From an uncultured Gemmatimonadales bacterium (GTDB taxonomy: Bacteria > Gemmatimonadota > Gemmatimonadetes > Gemmatimonadales > GWC2-71-9), in assembly GCA_963695555.1 (NCBI GenBank), contig CAVOGR010000001.1, positions 480,001-544,000 on the forward strand: a DNA stretch of 64,000 bases. The letters are read 5' to 3'. The notes beneath the pieces are model-generated. The model was not told the origin of the DNA and searched no databases. It saw only the letters and a list, made by a program, of their open reading frames with translations. Shown in pieces: positions 61,097 through 64,000 of the stretch (the first letter of the stretch is position 1; the number at the start of each line of letters is the position of its first letter). A program made the position numbers and the translations under genes.

Positions 61097-62281
61097 GTGA
61101 AGATCGCTCATTTAGCCGACATCCACCTTGGATATCGGCAGTTCCATCGGCAGACTCCCGCCGGGATCAATCAACGCGAAACGGACGTCGCCAATGCCTT
61201 CCGTGCCGCGGTGGACGGCGTCATCCGGGCCCGCCCGGACGTCGTGATCATCGCCGGCGATCTGTTTCATTCCGTCCGTCCGAGTAATGCCGCGATCCTC
61301 TTCGCGTTTCATCAGTTCCAGCGTCTGCGCGAAACCTTGCCGGACGCGCCGGTGATTCTGGTGGGCGGCAATCACGACACGCCCCGGTCGGCCGAAACGG
61401 GTTCCATCCTCGAGCTCTACACCCAACTGGGCGTGCACGTGGCCGCCCAGCAGCCGCTGCGCCTTCACTTTGCCGAACTCGATCTCTCGGTCCTGGCGGT
61501 CTCGTATGAGGCGCTCATGGGTTCGGAGCGGCCGGTGTTGCGTCCCGACGGGAGTGCGCAGCATCAGGTCTTGGTCCTGCACCGCGAGATCGAGGGAGTA
61601 CTGCCGGTCAATCGCGCGAGCATGCTGCACGAGGCGGGCGCATTGCTCCGCCAGGAGGACATCGGGCCCAAGGAGTGGAGTTACGTCGCCCTGGGCCACT
61701 ATCACGTCCAGCATGAGGTTGCGGCGAACGAGTGGTATGCCGGAGCGCTGGAATACGTGACCATGAACCCGTGGGGCGAGCTCCGAGATGAGTCCGAGCG
61801 CGGCCTCCGCGGCAAAGGGTGGCTGTTGGTGGAGCTCGATGGCACTCGTGTCCGGGCCGAGCGCCAGCCGGTGCCCGGTGTCCGCCATCTCATCGATCTC
61901 GATCCGCTCGATGCGACCGGCCGGAGTGCCGAGCAGTTGAGCGCCGACATCGAGGCGCGTGTCCGGGCCCCCGCAGAGGGATTGGATGGCAACATCGTCC
62001 GGTTGGTCGTGCGAAACGTGCCGCGCCACGTCGCCCGTGAGCTGGATCATGCGGCGATCCGATCCTACAAGGCTGAGGCGTTGCACTTCCACCTCGACCT
62101 GCGTCGCCCGGAAGCGTCCCGGCGCGTGGGGGTGGGTGGCCCGGGGCGGCGGCAAACGCTGCCGGAGCAGGTGGAAGACTATCTCACCCGTCGTCCGCTG
62201 CCGGCTGAAATCGATCGGGCCGCCTTCGTCCGGGCCGGCCTGGACCTCATCGAAGCAACCGAACGCGAGCTCGCCGAGTAG
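61097..62281 (+). CDS. sbcD: Mre11/SbcD metallophosphoesterase nuclease
   Basis: HLADIHLG, AGDLFH, GNHD, ALGHYH, YAGALE; GTG start 61097. Confidence 0.92.
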   Translation: MKIAHLADIHLGYRQFHRQTPAGINQRETDVANAFRAAVDGVIRARPDVVIIAGDLFHSVRPSNAAILFAFHQFQRLRETLPDAPVILVGGNHDTPRSAETGSILELYTQLGVHVAAQQPLRLHFAELDLSVLAVSYEALMGSERPVLRPDGSAQHQVLVLHREIEGVLPVNRASMLHEAGALLRQEDIGPKEWSYVALGHYHVQHEVAANEWYAGALEYVTMNPWGELRDESERGLRGKGWLLVELDGTRVRAERQPVPGVRHLIDLDPLDATGRSAEQLSADIEARVRAPAEGLDGNIVRLVVRNVPRHVARELDHAAIRSYKAEALHFHLDLRRPEASRRVGVGGPGRRQTLPEQVEDYLTRRPLPAEIDRAAFVRAGLDLIEATERELAE

Positions 62282-62282
62282 C

Positions 62283-64000
62283 ATGCAAATCCACCGGCTC
62301 CGCTTGCTGAACTTCCGGCAACACGAGGATACTCAGATTGCCTTCGGCGCCGGGCTCACGGGCATCGTCGGTCCGAACGGCTCCGGAAAGACCACCCTGC
62401 TCGAGGCCATTGCCTACGCTATCTACGGCACGCCAGCGGCGCGCGGTACGCGAGACTCGCTCCGTCGCCGGGGGGCGCCGCCACGGTCTTCGGTTCGAGT
62501 CGAGCTGGACTTCACACTCGGCCCGCATGAGTACCGGGTCATCCGAGGCCTGAACACCGCAGAGCTCTATCAGGACGGCGAGCCCGCGCCGATTGCAAAC
62601 TCGATCGGCACGGTGACGGAGAAACTGACCCGGTGCCTCGGGATGACGCGGGAGGAGTTCTTCAACACCTACTTCACCGGGCAGAAGGAACTGGCCGTCA
62701 TGGCCGCGATGTCGGCCCCGGATCGCGCCCGGTTCTTGTCCCGTGTGCTGGGCTACGAGCGGCTGAAGATGGCGCAGGACCGGCTCAAGGTGACACGATC
62801 GGGCCTCAAGGCCCGGCATGAATTGCTCGAGGCAGGACTCCGCGACACTGCGGAGCTGGATGCCGAGGATGATCAGGCGCAGGCAAGACGAACGGCCGCC
62901 AAGAAGGCGCTGATCGAATCGGAGAGCCAAGCCACCAAGGCCGAAGCGCATCTGACCGACATGATGCCACGGTGGGAGACGGTCCAGAAGCTCCGGGAGA
63001 CGGTGTTGTCCTTGGACGGCGAGCGCCGCGTTGCCGAACATCATGTCGACGCTGCCCGCGAAAAGTTCAGCGTGCTCGACCGGCAGTTGATCGAGGCACT
63101 CGCCGCGCGAGAGAAATTGACTGATCTCACGCGGCAACTCGACGTGCTCGGCCCACTGGGGACCGAGCTCGAGGCGCTCAATCAACAGGCGGACCGCTTC
63201 GCCGCCCGCAAGGGCTACGAAGCGCAGCGCCAGGACAATCAGGCCCGGCTCGAGCGCGTGCGGGAGCGGCTCGGACGCATTCCCCCGCCGGAAACCCTCG
63301 AGGCCGCTGGGCGCCGCGTCGAAGAACTGAAAGTTGCAGGTCAAAGCGCAACGGCCGAGGCCGAGTCCAAGCGGACCGTGTGGGTTCGTGACGCCCAGGA
63401 AGCCCAGACCAAGCGCCAGACCCTGCTCGATCAGTACAAGGATGTGACCGAGCAGCGGGAGCGTATTCTCGAAGCGGGTGCCGAGGGTGCCTGTCCCACA
63501 TGTTCGCGGCCGCTTGGCCAGGACTATGAAGTGGTGTTGGGACTACTCGATCGGCAACTCGAGGCCATTCGAAACAACGGCAATTTCTACCGGCAGCGGA
63601 TCGAGCAGCTCGCCGACGTCCCGACGGATGTCCAAGAGGCCGAGCAGCGTCGAGATGCCCTTGAACGAGAGGCGTCCGATGCCAAGGTCGAGGTCCAGCG
63701 ATTGGCGGACCTGGTCGACGAACTCCCGGTCCTCACCAAGGAGCGGGAGGCGCTCGAGGTGAAGATGGCTGAGGTCAAGGCGCTGCTGGACTCGTCCCCG
63801 ACCGTGTACGATCACGAACGCCACCAGGCCGTGCGCGATCAGTTGAAAGCCCTCGAGCCCGTCGCTCTCGAAGCGGAGCGCATGAAGGTGACGGCGGAAC
63901 GTGCGGAAGGCCTGGTTGTCGAAGCGGAGCAGGCGGAGCGGGAGCTGAGCCAGCGTGAGACGGAATTCAAGGAGCTGACGGAGCGGCTTGCGGGTCTCGG
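62283..64000 (+). CDS. sbcC: Rad50/SbcC SMC-family ATPase, 5' part (runs off the window edge)
   Basis: Not in the ORF track. ATG 62283: MQIHRLRLLNFRQHEDTQIAFGAGLTGIVGPNGSGKTTLLEAI; Q-loop YFTGQKE; coiled coil; zinc hook CPTC at 63492-63503. Confidence 0.93.
   Translation, partial: MQIHRLRLLNFRQHEDTQIAFGAGLTGIVGPNGSGKTTLLEAIAYAIYGTPAARGTRDSLRRRGAPPRSSVRVELDFTLGPHEYRVIRGLNTAELYQDGEPAPIANSIGTVTEKLTRCLGMTREEFFNTYFTGQKELAVMAAMSAPDRARFLSRVLGYERLKMAQDRLKVTRSGLKARHELLEAGLRDTAELDAEDDQAQARRTAAKKALIESESQATKAEAHLTDMMPRWETVQKLRETVLSLDGERRVAEHHVDAAREKFSVLDRQLIEALAAREKLTDLTRQLDVLGPLGTELEALNQQADRFAARKGYEAQRQDNQARLERVRERLGRIPPPETLEAAGRRVEELKVAGQSATAEAESKRTVWVRDAQEAQTKRQTLLDQYKDVTEQRERILEAGAEGACPTCSRPLGQDYEVVLGLLDRQLEAIRNNGNFYRQRIEQLADVPTDVQEAEQRRDALEREASDAKVEVQRLADLVDELPVLTKEREALEVKMAEVKALLDSSPTVYDHERHQAVRDQLKALEPVALEAERMKVTAERAEGLVVEAEQAERELSQRETEFKELTERLAGL

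Noticed and set aside
1..64000. tRNA, rRNA, transposase, integrase or prophage genes
   Set aside because: None recognised by eye; intergenic spaces are short. A tRNAscan-SE/Infernal run would be needed to exclude small RNAs.

Overview
High-GC bacterial chromosomal window, densely coding (about 47 CDS). Gene content and order are reminiscent of Gemmatimonadota, but that assignment is an inference. No rRNA, tRNA, CRISPR array or mobile element could be supported. Left to right: (1) a TetR-led operon resembling the lower anaerobic benzoyl-CoA pathway (Oah/BamA-like hydrolase, SDR, Dch-like hydratase, running off the left edge); (2) DsbA-like, M61 and M1 peptidase genes and a kinase/M23-like/class-III aminotransferase triple fusion; (3) a GGDEF protein and an argR-argG-argH-rocD operon with tandem ARG boxes; (4) the standout locus: acyl-CoA dehydrogenase + about 2900-aa Pfa-like type I synthase (KS-AT-KS-ACPx4-KR-DH) + translationally coupled Sfp-type PPTase. 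All four ACPs carry Thr instead of the phosphopantetheine-accepting Ser, and the first KS is broken by two +1 frameshifts; (5) two sigma54 two-component modules with recognisable -24/-12 promoters and enhancer repeats; (6) mscL, a fasciclin gene behind CarH/LitR-like 11-bp repeats, and an RCC1-repeat lipoprotein; (7) PhzF, an Opp/App peptide ABC transporter, lipoate ligase, gcvP, gcvH, coaE, tdk, HU; (8) a catalytically dead DEAD-box-like protein with an intact DbpA RNA-binding domain; (9) an aminotransferase-nurA-herA-mre11(sbcD)-rad50(sbcC) operon running off the right edge. Many start codons were moved downstream of the ORF-track starts using RBS, stop/start overlap and domain evidence.
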